Assembly (NCBI GenBank): GCA_902771785.1
Contig: CACXYH010000004.1
Span: 5,849-69,848 of the forward strand
Source: an uncultured Prevotellaceae bacterium
Lineage (GTDB): Bacteria > Bacteroidota > Bacteroidia > Bacteroidales > Bacteroidaceae
Length of the DNA stretch: 64,000 bases
Direction: 5' to 3'
Shown: in pieces, positions 9,294 to 16,270 of the stretch
Position numbering within the stretch: position 1 is the stretch's first letter
How the letters are laid out: every line of letters begins with the position of its first letter
Notes under the pieces: generated by a model
What the model was told of the DNA's origin: nothing
What the model saw: the letters and a program-made list of their open reading frames with translations, nothing else
The model's database searches: none
Translations under genes and position numbers: made by a program

Positions 9294-9634
9294 TCCAACG
9301 CTCCTTTCCGCCAGGCGTAAGCAAGACCCAGCACTAATACTACTAAGAAGAACCCGATGGAGAGCAGAGCCATCGCACCAAAGTCCTTCACTACTACTGC
9401 CCATGGATACAGAAACACAGTTTCCACATCGAACATGAGGAACAGGATGGCGAACAGGTAGAAGCCCACACTTACCGGCAACCAGGAAGAACCGCGCGTG
9501 GGAATACCACACTCGTAAGGTTCACCTTTCACCTTTGCGTATGAGCGCGGACCTATAAGCTTAGCTATCAAGTAAGCAGCCGCCACCAATGTAATAGCCG
9601 TCAGCAAGACGGTAATTAACAAAGTGAAATTCAT
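9284..9634 (-). CDS. nuoA: NADH-quinone oxidoreductase subunit A
   Basis: 116 aa with three TM helices and the ND3/NuoA motif GEPYECG. It is the first gene of the operon and overlaps the nuoB start by 10 nt. Confidence 0.85.
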   Translation of the reverse strand: MNFTLLITVLLTAITLVAAAYLIAKLIGPRSYAKVKGEPYECGIPTRGSSWLPVSVGFYLFAILFLMFDVETVFLYPWAVVVKDFGAMALLSIGFFLVVLVLGLAYAWRKGALEWK

Positions 9635-9679
9635 AAAACGTTTATAATGTTATAACAATAGTTTGCTTGAATTTGCCTG

Positions 9680-9687
9680 CAAAGGTA
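9680..9687 (-). promoter_or_regulatory. Bacteroidota -7 promoter element (TACCTTTG) for the nuo operon
   Basis: Plus-strand CAAAGGTA is TACCTTTG on the minus strand, matching the TAnnTTTG consensus. It lies 46 nt upstream of the nuoA ATG. Confidence 0.55.
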
Positions 9688-9795
9688 CAAAATATTTTGC
9701 AATCATTTGGCATGATTATCCAAAAAAATGCTCCTGTTCCTGTCACTTCGTCAAAGAAACTATGTTATCTGCCTGCTAAGAGGCCCATATCGGGG

Positions 9796-9905
9796 CGATT
9801 AGTCGGATGAATCGGGTCGATTAGTCGGATGAATCGGGGCGATTAGTCGGATGAATCGAGGCGATTAGTCGGATGAATCGAGGCGATTAGTCGGATGAAT
9901 CGAAG
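9796..9905. repeat. Tandem repeat, 5 x 22 bp (CGATTAGTCGGATGAATCGRGG)
   Basis: Copies at 9796-9817, 9818-9839, 9840-9861, 9862-9883 and 9884-9905 differ only in the last 3-4 nt (GGGT/GGGG/GAGG/GAGG/GAAG). Each junction forms the 13-bp palindrome AATCG-NNN-CGATT. The period is not a multiple of 3. Confidence 0.95.
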
Positions 9906-9909
9906 ACCA

Positions 9910-9950
9910 TAAGAAAAGGCTATTCGAAAACACGCGGTTTCGAATAGCCT
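9910..9950 (-). terminator. Rho-independent-type terminator after the zinc-ribbon gene
   Basis: Perfect 13-bp stem AGGCTATTCGAAA (9917-9929) / TTTCGAATAGCCT (9938-9950) with an 8-nt loop, followed on the minus strand by TTTCTTATGG. Confidence 0.7.
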
Positions 9951-9982
9951 TGAATCACAATTGCGGCAGCTGAGACTACCTT

Positions 9983-11149
9983 TTATCGCTCTACTTTCTG
10001 CAAGTTGAACGACTGAATGCGGAAGTCGGGCTGCAGACGGGCCGAAAGGCGATAGGCCCTCACCCGTTCGCGCGAGTCGTCGGTACGGTCGATACGCTGG
10101 TCGACAGAGACGGCTACAGCATAGACGATTGGGGCGCCCTCCTGCGCCGGTTGCCGCTTCTCTATCGTCCAATCGTCGGCCAAAGCAAAGGAAATGGCGG
10201 TCACATCGGCCTCGAACTGGTGCTTCATCCATTGCACGGGATAGTCGGCTGCAGGATGATCCTTGCCCATGAACGCCACGATGGTGCCGGCCATGAGGCT
10301 GTTGACGGCGGACTCGTCGCGATTGGAGAAGGCCGTCAGCAGCTGCTGTATGCGCGTGGCTACCGACTCTCTCTCCTCGGCCTTCAGGCGCAGGGCGTCG
10401 AGCTGCTCAAAGCGCTGGCGGGCTTCATCGTAGTAGTATCCGTCGGCATGAAGGTCCATGTAATGCTGGAAGGCATCGGCCGTATTTGCCTGAAGGGCAG
10501 CATCATAGTCGAGCGAGTCGATCTTCAGTTTTGCTTCCGTCACGTGGACATTGCCAGGATAGCGCTCAACGTAGCGTTCGAAGGCATTCCGCGAGCAGGA
10601 AGCCATAGCCGCAGCCCACTCCATCTCTATCTTCTTCAGCTCGTTGAGGTGCGACTCAATGCTGTCGCGATGGGCTTTCGGAGCATCAGGATAGACGGCA
10701 AGGAAGTTGTCGAGCACGGCAGGCTCGGCCGACGTCAGCGCGTTCTGATAGGCTCGCAGCTCGTTCTGCGCCTGCGTGTGCTGATAGAAGTAGAGGCCCA
10801 GCAGCACGATAATCAGGGCTATGACGAGGGCAACGATGAAAGCCGTATAGCCGCGCTTCGGCTTCTTGGCCGGCTCGGCAGCCGGCTGTTCGGCCTCTGT
10901 CTGGGCGTCTTGAGCCTGTTCGTCGGCCTGATGCTTAGGCAGCGTGACCAGCGGGGCAGCCGGCGCAGGATTGCCTGCACCATCCATGCGATAATGGCAA
11001 TGAGGGCACTCGGCGTCATCCTTGAAGACCGCCTCGCCGCAGCTTGGACATGTTGTTATTTCGCCTGCAATCCCAACACCACAATGGGGGCAGGTCTTAG
11101 CGCGGTCGCTCACTTCACGACCGCATTCTGGACATTTTATTAATGACAT
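9983..11149 (-). CDS. Membrane-anchored protein with two N-terminal zinc ribbons (function unknown)
   Basis: 388 aa. Zinc ribbons CPECG..CPHCG and CPSCG..CPHC, then an A/E/Q/P-rich linker, one TM helix (GYTAFIVALVIALIIVLLGLYFY), then a roughly 260-aa extracytoplasmic domain. It starts 17 nt downstream of the GH25 gene. Confidence 0.75.
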   Translation of the reverse strand: MSLIKCPECGREVSDRAKTCPHCGVGIAGEITTCPSCGEAVFKDDAECPHCHYRMDGAGNPAPAAPLVTLPKHQADEQAQDAQTEAEQPAAEPAKKPKRGYTAFIVALVIALIIVLLGLYFYQHTQAQNELRAYQNALTSAEPAVLDNFLAVYPDAPKAHRDSIESHLNELKKIEMEWAAAMASCSRNAFERYVERYPGNVHVTEAKLKIDSLDYDAALQANTADAFQHYMDLHADGYYYDEARQRFEQLDALRLKAEERESVATRIQQLLTAFSNRDESAVNSLMAGTIVAFMGKDHPAADYPVQWMKHQFEADVTAISFALADDWTIEKRQPAQEGAPIVYAVAVSVDQRIDRTDDSRERVRAYRLSARLQPDFRIQSFNLQKVER

Positions 11150-11166
11150 CTTTCTGGTATTTGACT

Positions 11167-11997
11167 TTAATGTTTAAACCTGATTTCACGCAGACTATGC
11201 TTGCCCATGAAGCGGCTCTTGTCTACCAGGCTGTTCACTCCCACGATGCGGCCCTTGCACGAATACTGCCAAATCAGGTAGTCGCGCTCGTCGGCCAGCA
11301 CAGGAGGTTCGTCGGCATACATAGCTATCATGAGCGGATAGTCGTCGATTATGCCTACGAGATGCTTGTTGTAGAAGTTGCGGTAGGTATAGACGAGTGG
11401 CTTCTGGTGATAAGTTTTCTCCATGAGTTGCAGGAACTTAGTCAACGAGTCGCAGAAGGCCTGCGAAGGCATGCCGGCATCGTTCTCCACGTCGAGCATG
11501 GGAATCAGATCCTGTTCGCCAGGCAGACATTGGGTGCGGAAATTGGCCATCTGCTGCTCCAGGTCCACCTTCGGACGGAAGAAATGGTAGCTGCCCACCT
11601 TCAGCCCGTAGCGATGGGCCAGGTCTATGTTGCGCTCATACTTGGCATCAATACGGTCGCTACCCTCCGTAGCCTTCAAGTAGACATAAGCCATCTTGGT
11701 ATTGTCGCCCACGGTCTCCCAGAACACCTCGCCCTGATAGTGGCTCATGTCGATGCCATGAATGTGGCCGCAGGTGTCTTCACATTGCAGATAAGGGTCC
11801 ACGTCGTGGATGGTCGGAGGCACGGGCTTGGCTTTGACCACCTTCGTTCGTCTGCTCTTCTTGGTCTGGGTGCGTCGCGTCACTTTTGTAGTACGTGCTT
11901 TCCTGCTGCGTTGTTTCGACCTCGAGCGCTGGGCATCGAGCTCAGTAATCGACAGGAAAGCTATGCAAAACGCTAAAAATATGGTAAGTTTTCTCAT
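11167..11997 (-). CDS. Glycoside hydrolase family 25 muramidase (lysozyme) with signal peptide and polycationic N-terminal segment
   Basis: GH25 signature HGIDMSHYQGEVFWETV...AYVYLKATEGSDRIDAKYERNIDLAHRYGLKVGSYHFFRP. The N-terminal signal-like MRKLTIFLAFCIAFLSI is followed by RSRSKQRSRKARTTKVTRRTQTKKSRRTKVVKAK. Confidence 0.8.
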   Translation of the reverse strand: MRKLTIFLAFCIAFLSITELDAQRSRSKQRSRKARTTKVTRRTQTKKSRRTKVVKAKPVPPTIHDVDPYLQCEDTCGHIHGIDMSHYQGEVFWETVGDNTKMAYVYLKATEGSDRIDAKYERNIDLAHRYGLKVGSYHFFRPKVDLEQQMANFRTQCLPGEQDLIPMLDVENDAGMPSQAFCDSLTKFLQLMEKTYHQKPLVYTYRNFYNKHLVGIIDDYPLMIAMYADEPPVLADERDYLIWQYSCKGRIVGVNSLVDKSRFMGKHSLREIRFKH

Positions 11998-12017
11998 GAT
12001 TTATCAATTTTGAGCTG

Positions 12018-12025
12018 CAAAGGTA
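12018..12025 (-). promoter_or_regulatory. -7 promoter element (TACCTTTG) for the GH25 / zinc-ribbon unit
   Basis: Plus-strand CAAAGGTA, 21 nt upstream of the ATG at 11997. Confidence 0.5.
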
Positions 12026-12047
12026 ATGAAAATTGGGCAAAAAAGCG

Positions 12048-12055
12048 TAACTTTG
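12048..12055 (+). promoter_or_regulatory. -7 promoter element (TAACTTTG) for the C11 peptidase gene
   Basis: TAACTTTG lies 21 nt upstream of the ATG at 12076, divergent from the GH25 promoter. Confidence 0.5.
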
Positions 12056-12075
12056 CACGAAAATTATAACGCAAG

Positions 12076-13308
12076 ATGAAGAATTTATTGACCATTGTCG
12101 GCATTTCGCTCTTACTCCTTTCGTGCAGAAGCTACGAAGAGAAGAGCATCCGTCAGACCGTGATTGTATATATCTCTGGGGAAAACAACCTGGTAACAAA
12201 CATTTCCGCCGACCTCGCGGAAATGGCCGAAGGCTCAAAGCAGCTGAGCGATGACGAGAAGCTCATAGCCTTCGTCGACGGCTACGGCCTACCCTACATC
12301 ATCGAGTTCAACAACGGAAAGCGCGACACCATCATGCGCTACGACCAGGATTTCTATGCCAGCGACCCGGAAATGTTCTACGATATCATCAGGAAGATAG
12401 AAAGCCAGTACCCTACCACCAACAACAACTATGCCCTGGTGCTTTGGGGGCATGGCGACGGATGGGTGGTCAAAGACTCGGTGGCCTCCTCGGCTAAGGC
12501 CAGAGGGCAACGGCGGGCCTACGGACAGGATGTGGGCTACGACACCAAGCCAAGTCAGGGCGAAAAGTGGATGAACATCACGCAGATGGCACGTGTGCTG
12601 GAAAGGCTGCCCAGGTTCCGCTACATCATGGCCGACTGCTGCTGCTTCATCACGGTCGAGAATGCCTACGAGCTGCGCAACGTGGCCGACTTCCTCATCG
12701 GGTCGCCTGCCGAGACGCCCAACCTGGGCGCGCCCTACCATCTGATTATGCGAGGACTGTTCGGTAAGACTGAAACATTCTACCAGGATATCATCGACAA
12801 CTACTTCGACTACTACGCCAACTTGTTTAAAACGTCACCCCAAATCAAGAGCGAATTCCCGTATGTCGTTGGCCACAGCCTTCCGCTGACCGTCGTCGAC
12901 CTGCGCCAGAACCACATGGAAGACCTGGCTATGGCCACCCGCAACGTGCTGAAAGAACCCGACAGCTACGCAACCGACAGCATCGCCTACTTTATTGCCA
13001 ACGACCTGCCTTTGAGCTACGACGCGAAAAGCATCATGAAGCGCAACCTGAGCAGCGACGCCTTTCAGGGCTGGGAACAAGCCTTGAATGCTGCAATACC
13101 TTATAAGAAATTCTCTGGAAAATGGATGACCATTTACAGACGCCTGTATAACGCCCTCAGCTTCGACCAGTTCAAGTTCGACGAAGACAACTTCGGAGGC
13201 ATCGGCATGCACATTCCGAGTTCGGCTTACAAGTCGAACCCGTCCTACAATAATGGCATCAAGAACTTTGGATGGTATCAGGCCGTAGGCTGGAACCGCT
13301 TCGAGTAA
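12076..13308 (+). CDS. Clostripain-family (peptidase C11) cysteine protease, lipoprotein
   Basis: Lipoprotein signal LLLLSC. The C11 His/Cys dyad contexts are LVLWGHGDGW and YIMADCCCFITVENAYEL, with the N-terminal VIVYISGENNL strand typical of C11. Confidence 0.75.
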   Translation: MKNLLTIVGISLLLLSCRSYEEKSIRQTVIVYISGENNLVTNISADLAEMAEGSKQLSDDEKLIAFVDGYGLPYIIEFNNGKRDTIMRYDQDFYASDPEMFYDIIRKIESQYPTTNNNYALVLWGHGDGWVVKDSVASSAKARGQRRAYGQDVGYDTKPSQGEKWMNITQMARVLERLPRFRYIMADCCCFITVENAYELRNVADFLIGSPAETPNLGAPYHLIMRGLFGKTETFYQDIIDNYFDYYANLFKTSPQIKSEFPYVVGHSLPLTVVDLRQNHMEDLAMATRNVLKEPDSYATDSIAYFIANDLPLSYDAKSIMKRNLSSDAFQGWEQALNAAIPYKKFSGKWMTIYRRLYNALSFDQFKFDEDNFGGIGMHIPSSAYKSNPSYNNGIKNFGWYQAVGWNRFE

Positions 13309-13354
13309 CCGCGCGGCACGAGCCAAGCGGAACAGAAAGCAAGTCGGACACGCG

Positions 13355-14677
13355 CTATTCTTCCGTATCTTCCTTGCTGACTACGACCTTGATTTTCGAG
13401 ATGCGATGCCCGTCAACTTCCACAATCTCGAACTTGAAGTTGCGGTACTCTATCTTCTCATGCAGCTTCGGGAAGTCGCCCTTCAGCTCCAGCATCAAGC
13501 CTGCCAGCGAGTCGGCATCGCCCTCCACTTCCTCGAAGACGTCGTCGTCGAGCTTCAGAATCTTGTAGAAGTCGGACAGCAACGTCTTACCTTCGAAGAT
13601 GAAGGTATTGCCGTTGATGCGCACGTACGACTTTTCGTCTTCGTCGTACTCGTCGTTGATCTCTCCTACAATCTCCTCCAGAATGTCCTCGAGCGTCACG
13701 ATGCCGCTCGTGCCTCCAAACTCGTCGACGACAATAGCTATGTGGACCTTGTTCTCCTGAAAGTCGCGGAGCAGGTCGTCAATCTTCTTCGTCTCGGGCA
13801 CAAAGTAAGGCGGACGTATGAGCGACTGCCACCGGAAGTTGGCCGGCTTCGACAAGTGAGGCAGCAAATCCTTGATATAGAGTATGCCGCGTATGTTGTC
13901 GATGCTGTCCTGATAGACCGGAATACGCGAATAGTTGTTCTCTACAATACACTTCAGCACCTCGGGGAACGTGGAACGGAAGTCCAGGTCGACCACATCC
14001 TGGCGGCTGGTCATCACCTCCTTAGCCGTTTCGTCGCCAAAGCGCACGATGCCCTCCAGCATGTTCTGCTCTTCCTTCAACTCTTCCTTGTCGGTCAGCT
14101 CGAGCGCCTGCTCCAAATCGTCGACGCTCAGCACGTGGTTCTCGTTGTGAATCATCTTCTCAACTCCCATGCGCGACTTGAGCAGTATGGCCGACAAAGG
14201 GCGGAACAGCTTGCTCAGCATCAGAATAGTACCTGCAAAAGTGCGGCATACAGCCAGCGCATGCTGTCCGCAATACACCTTCGGCATGATTTCGCCAAAG
14301 AGCAGAAGAATGAAAGTGAGCACTACGGTAATCACGATGAACTCCAGCCAATAGGCATTACCAAAATCTACCGTGCGGGCAAAGAAGTAATTGCACAGCA
14401 TGATGATGGTGACGTTCACCAGATTATTGGTGATGAGAATGGTGGCCAGCGTGCGTTCTGAGTCGTCGCGAAGCATCTTGATCTTCACATCGCTGCTCGA
14501 CTTTTCCTCGTCGAGCTCGTTCAAGTCGTTGGGCGACAACGAGAAAAAGGCTATCTCTGACCCCGAAGCGAAGCCTGAAGCCAATAAAAGAATACCCGCC
14601 AAGACAATCGAGAAGATTGCTCCAAAGTCGGGTGACATGAACTGTACCTCGCTAAATATTTGTTGGAAATAGTCCAT
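13355..14677 (-). CDS. CNNM/HlyC-CorC family protein (DUF21-CBS pair-CorC_HlyC; GldE-like)
   Basis: 440 aa with an N-terminal 4-TM DUF21 region, tandem CBS region and the C-terminal transporter-associated domain. It lies directly downstream of ssb, matching the ssb-gldE arrangement known in Flavobacterium. Confidence 0.8.
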   Translation of the reverse strand: MDYFQQIFSEVQFMSPDFGAIFSIVLAGILLLASGFASGSEIAFFSLSPNDLNELDEEKSSSDVKIKMLRDDSERTLATILITNNLVNVTIIMLCNYFFARTVDFGNAYWLEFIVITVVLTFILLLFGEIMPKVYCGQHALAVCRTFAGTILMLSKLFRPLSAILLKSRMGVEKMIHNENHVLSVDDLEQALELTDKEELKEEQNMLEGIVRFGDETAKEVMTSRQDVVDLDFRSTFPEVLKCIVENNYSRIPVYQDSIDNIRGILYIKDLLPHLSKPANFRWQSLIRPPYFVPETKKIDDLLRDFQENKVHIAIVVDEFGGTSGIVTLEDILEEIVGEINDEYDEDEKSYVRINGNTFIFEGKTLLSDFYKILKLDDDVFEEVEGDADSLAGLMLELKGDFPKLHEKIEYRNFKFEIVEVDGHRISKIKVVVSKEDTEE

Positions 14678-14686
14678 CAGCTTAGT

Positions 14687-15118
14687 TTAGAAAGGCAGAT
14701 CGCCATTGCTGTCGCTTGATTGCCTGTCAGCCTGCGGTTCTGCCAGAGGTTCGCTGGCTACGGTACCTTGGTTGCCTGGCTGCGAAGCCGAACGGGGAGT
14801 GAGCATCTCCATGTTGTCGGCCCATATTTCCGTAGCATATTGGCGTTGACCTTGCTTGTTGTCGTAAGAAGTGTAGCGGATGCGGCCTTCTATGTAGAGT
14901 TTGTCGCCTTTATGCACGTAGCGTTCCACGATTTCGGCCAGCCTGCGCCACATGATAACGTTGTGCCAGTCTGTGTGGTCGGGCACTTGGGTTCCGTTCT
15001 GAAGCGTATACCCTTTCTCAGTTGTAGCAAACCTGAAGCGGGCCACAGCCACGCCCTGATCTACGTAACGCACTTCGGGCTCCGTGCCCACATTGCCAAT
15101 CAACATTACCTTATTCAT
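14687..15118 (-). CDS. ssb: Single-stranded DNA-binding protein
   Basis: OB-fold N-terminus MNKVMLIGNVGTEPEVRYV, a Gly/Gln/Pro-rich linker and an acidic tip ending DLPF. Confidence 0.9.
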   Translation of the reverse strand: MNKVMLIGNVGTEPEVRYVDQGVAVARFRFATTEKGYTLQNGTQVPDHTDWHNVIMWRRLAEIVERYVHKGDKLYIEGRIRYTSYDNKQGQRQYATEIWADNMEMLTPRSASQPGNQGTVASEPLAEPQADRQSSDSNGDLPF

Positions 15119-15161
15119 AATATATAAGCTTTAACCTCCCTATTATCAATCAAAAACCCTC

Positions 15162-15719
15162 TTACTCAGCAATAGGCTTTGCCGCTCCCAAATAGTGGAA
15201 CTTGAAGTTCTTTCCCTTAGCCGAAGGGAACTGGCTGCGCTCGTCGACACGCTGGCGCAGGTGTTCTACGATGCGGTTATAGCAATCCAAGCCCGAACGG
15301 GCCTTGAGCTGAGCCACGAAGTGGGCATCGCGATACTGGTACTTTCCCGTTCCCGGCACAAGCAGCACACGCTTGAAGTCGATGCTGCCCTCATACCAAC
15401 CGTCGCGCTCTTCGTTCAGTCGGAGAATGACTGGCGAAGCCGAACGCTCGCGCTCGCCGGTCTCGGCATTCACGTGAACGGCACGCTTCTCCTTGAAATC
15501 CTGCATCGTGGCAGCGTCGGTCTTGATGATGATAAAATAAACACGGGGACGAATCTTATAGCGCTTCGGATAGAAGACGTCGCTATTAACATAGTCGCGA
15601 ATGTCGGCTTCAAGAACGGGGTTCATGCCTATCTCGGCTATAGAGCCCAAGAAGTCTATGGCATCATCAACATTCGTGACAAGAGTTTCTTTGTCAAAGT
15701 ACCTTAAGTATAAATTCAT
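15162..15719 (-). CDS. Conserved hypothetical protein
   Basis: ORF 15162..15881 trimmed to MNLYLRYFDKETL (ATG complement 15717-15719), because the upstream extension runs through tRNA-Gly and its peptide is the tRNA read as protein. No family recognised. Confidence 0.6.
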   Translation of the reverse strand: MNLYLRYFDKETLVTNVDDAIDFLGSIAEIGMNPVLEADIRDYVNSDVFYPKRYKIRPRVYFIIIKTDAATMQDFKEKRAVHVNAETGERERSASPVILRLNEERDGWYEGSIDFKRVLLVPGTGKYQYRDAHFVAQLKARSGLDCYNRIVEHLRQRVDERSQFPSAKGKNFKFHYLGAAKPIAE

Positions 15720-15757
15720 AAGATATGGGTCTGTTTTTCCTAAAATACAAAAAAAAG

Positions 15758-15830
15758 AGCGGAAAACGGGACTCGGACCCGCGACCCCAACCTTGGCAAG
15801 GTTGTGCTCTACCAACTGAGCTATTTCCGC
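15758..15830 (-). tRNA. tRNA-Gly (GCC)
   Basis: The reverse complement GCGGAAATAGCTCAGTTGGTAGAGCACAACCTTGCCAAGGTTGGGGTCGCGGGTCCGAGTCCCGTTTTCCGCT folds as a cloverleaf with anticodon loop TTGCCAA. Confidence 0.9.
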
Positions 15831-15844
15831 AAGAGAATGAAAAA

Positions 15845-15931
15845 TGGTGAAGAGGAGGAGACTCGAACTCCCACGTCGCAATTGACACTACCCCCTCAAA
15901 GTAGCGCGTCTACCAGTTCCGCCACCTCTCC
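15845..15931 (-). tRNA. tRNA-Leu (GAG), CCA encoded
   Basis: The reverse complement GGAGAGGTGGCGGAACTGGTAGACGCGCTACTTTGAGGGGGTAG... has anticodon stem CTACT/GGTAG, loop TTGAGGG, a long variable arm and a T-arm GGGAGTTCGAGTCTCC, and ends in ACCA. Confidence 0.85.
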
Positions 15932-15962
15932 AACATATCAAAACCATGTTGAAAAAAAAGAG

Positions 15963-16044
15963 TGCCCAGAACAGGACTCGAACCTGCACGCCTCGCGGCA
16001 CACGCACCTGAAACGTGCGCGTCTACCAATTCCGCCACCTGGGC
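15963..16044 (-). tRNA. tRNA-Leu (CAG)
   Basis: The reverse complement GCCCAGGTGGCGGAATTGGTAGACGCGCACGTTTCAGGTGCGTG... has anticodon loop TTCAGGT, a long variable arm and a T-arm GCAGGTTCGAGTCCTGT. Confidence 0.85.
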
Positions 16045-16093
16045 ATTTTACAATTGAACCAATCTTCAATCGCTCTTTTGTTTCAATATGTTG

Positions 16094-16166
16094 AGCGGAA
16101 AACGGGACTCGGACCCGCGACCCCAACCTTGGCAAGGTTGTGCTCTACCAACTGAGCTATTTCCGC
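16094..16166 (-). tRNA. tRNA-Gly (GCC), identical second copy
   Basis: 73/73 nt identical to 15758-15830. Confidence 0.9.
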
Positions 16167-16208
16167 AGTCAACCTCCGTTAGAGAGGTGCATTTCTCTAA
16201 ATGCGGTG

Positions 16209-16216
16209 CAAAGGTA
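16209..16216 (-). promoter_or_regulatory. -7 promoter element (TACCTTTG) for the tRNA cluster
   Basis: Plus-strand CAAAGGTA, 43 nt upstream of the first tRNA-Gly 5' end (16166). Confidence 0.5.
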
Positions 16217-16270
16217 ATGCTTTTTTCTGAACCCACAAAACTTTTCGGCATTTTTTTTCAAAAAAAGTGC

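Noticed and set aside
8580-9512. N-terminal extensions of ORFs: nuoB to 9512, 15162..15881 through tRNA-Gly, 26174..29095 through the acyltransferase gene, and 4422..4778 into nuoJ.
   Set aside because: The extensions overlap better-supported genes or tRNAs in another frame. Internal Mets give canonical N-termini, signal peptides or ATGA-type coupling.
9648-9657. Perfect 10-bp palindrome TGTTATAACA in the nuoA leader as a possible operator.
   Set aside because: It is short and AT-rich in an AT-rich leader. There is no second copy in the window and no way to assess significance without genome-wide statistics.
13309-13354. Possible degenerate remnant of the AAAG-N5-CTTY family in the C11-peptidase/gldE-like convergent gap (GCGGCAC at 13313, AAGCGGAAC at 13325).
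   Set aside because: There are only two partial cores, 14 nt apart rather than 22, and no AAAG/CTTT frame. That is too weak to call.
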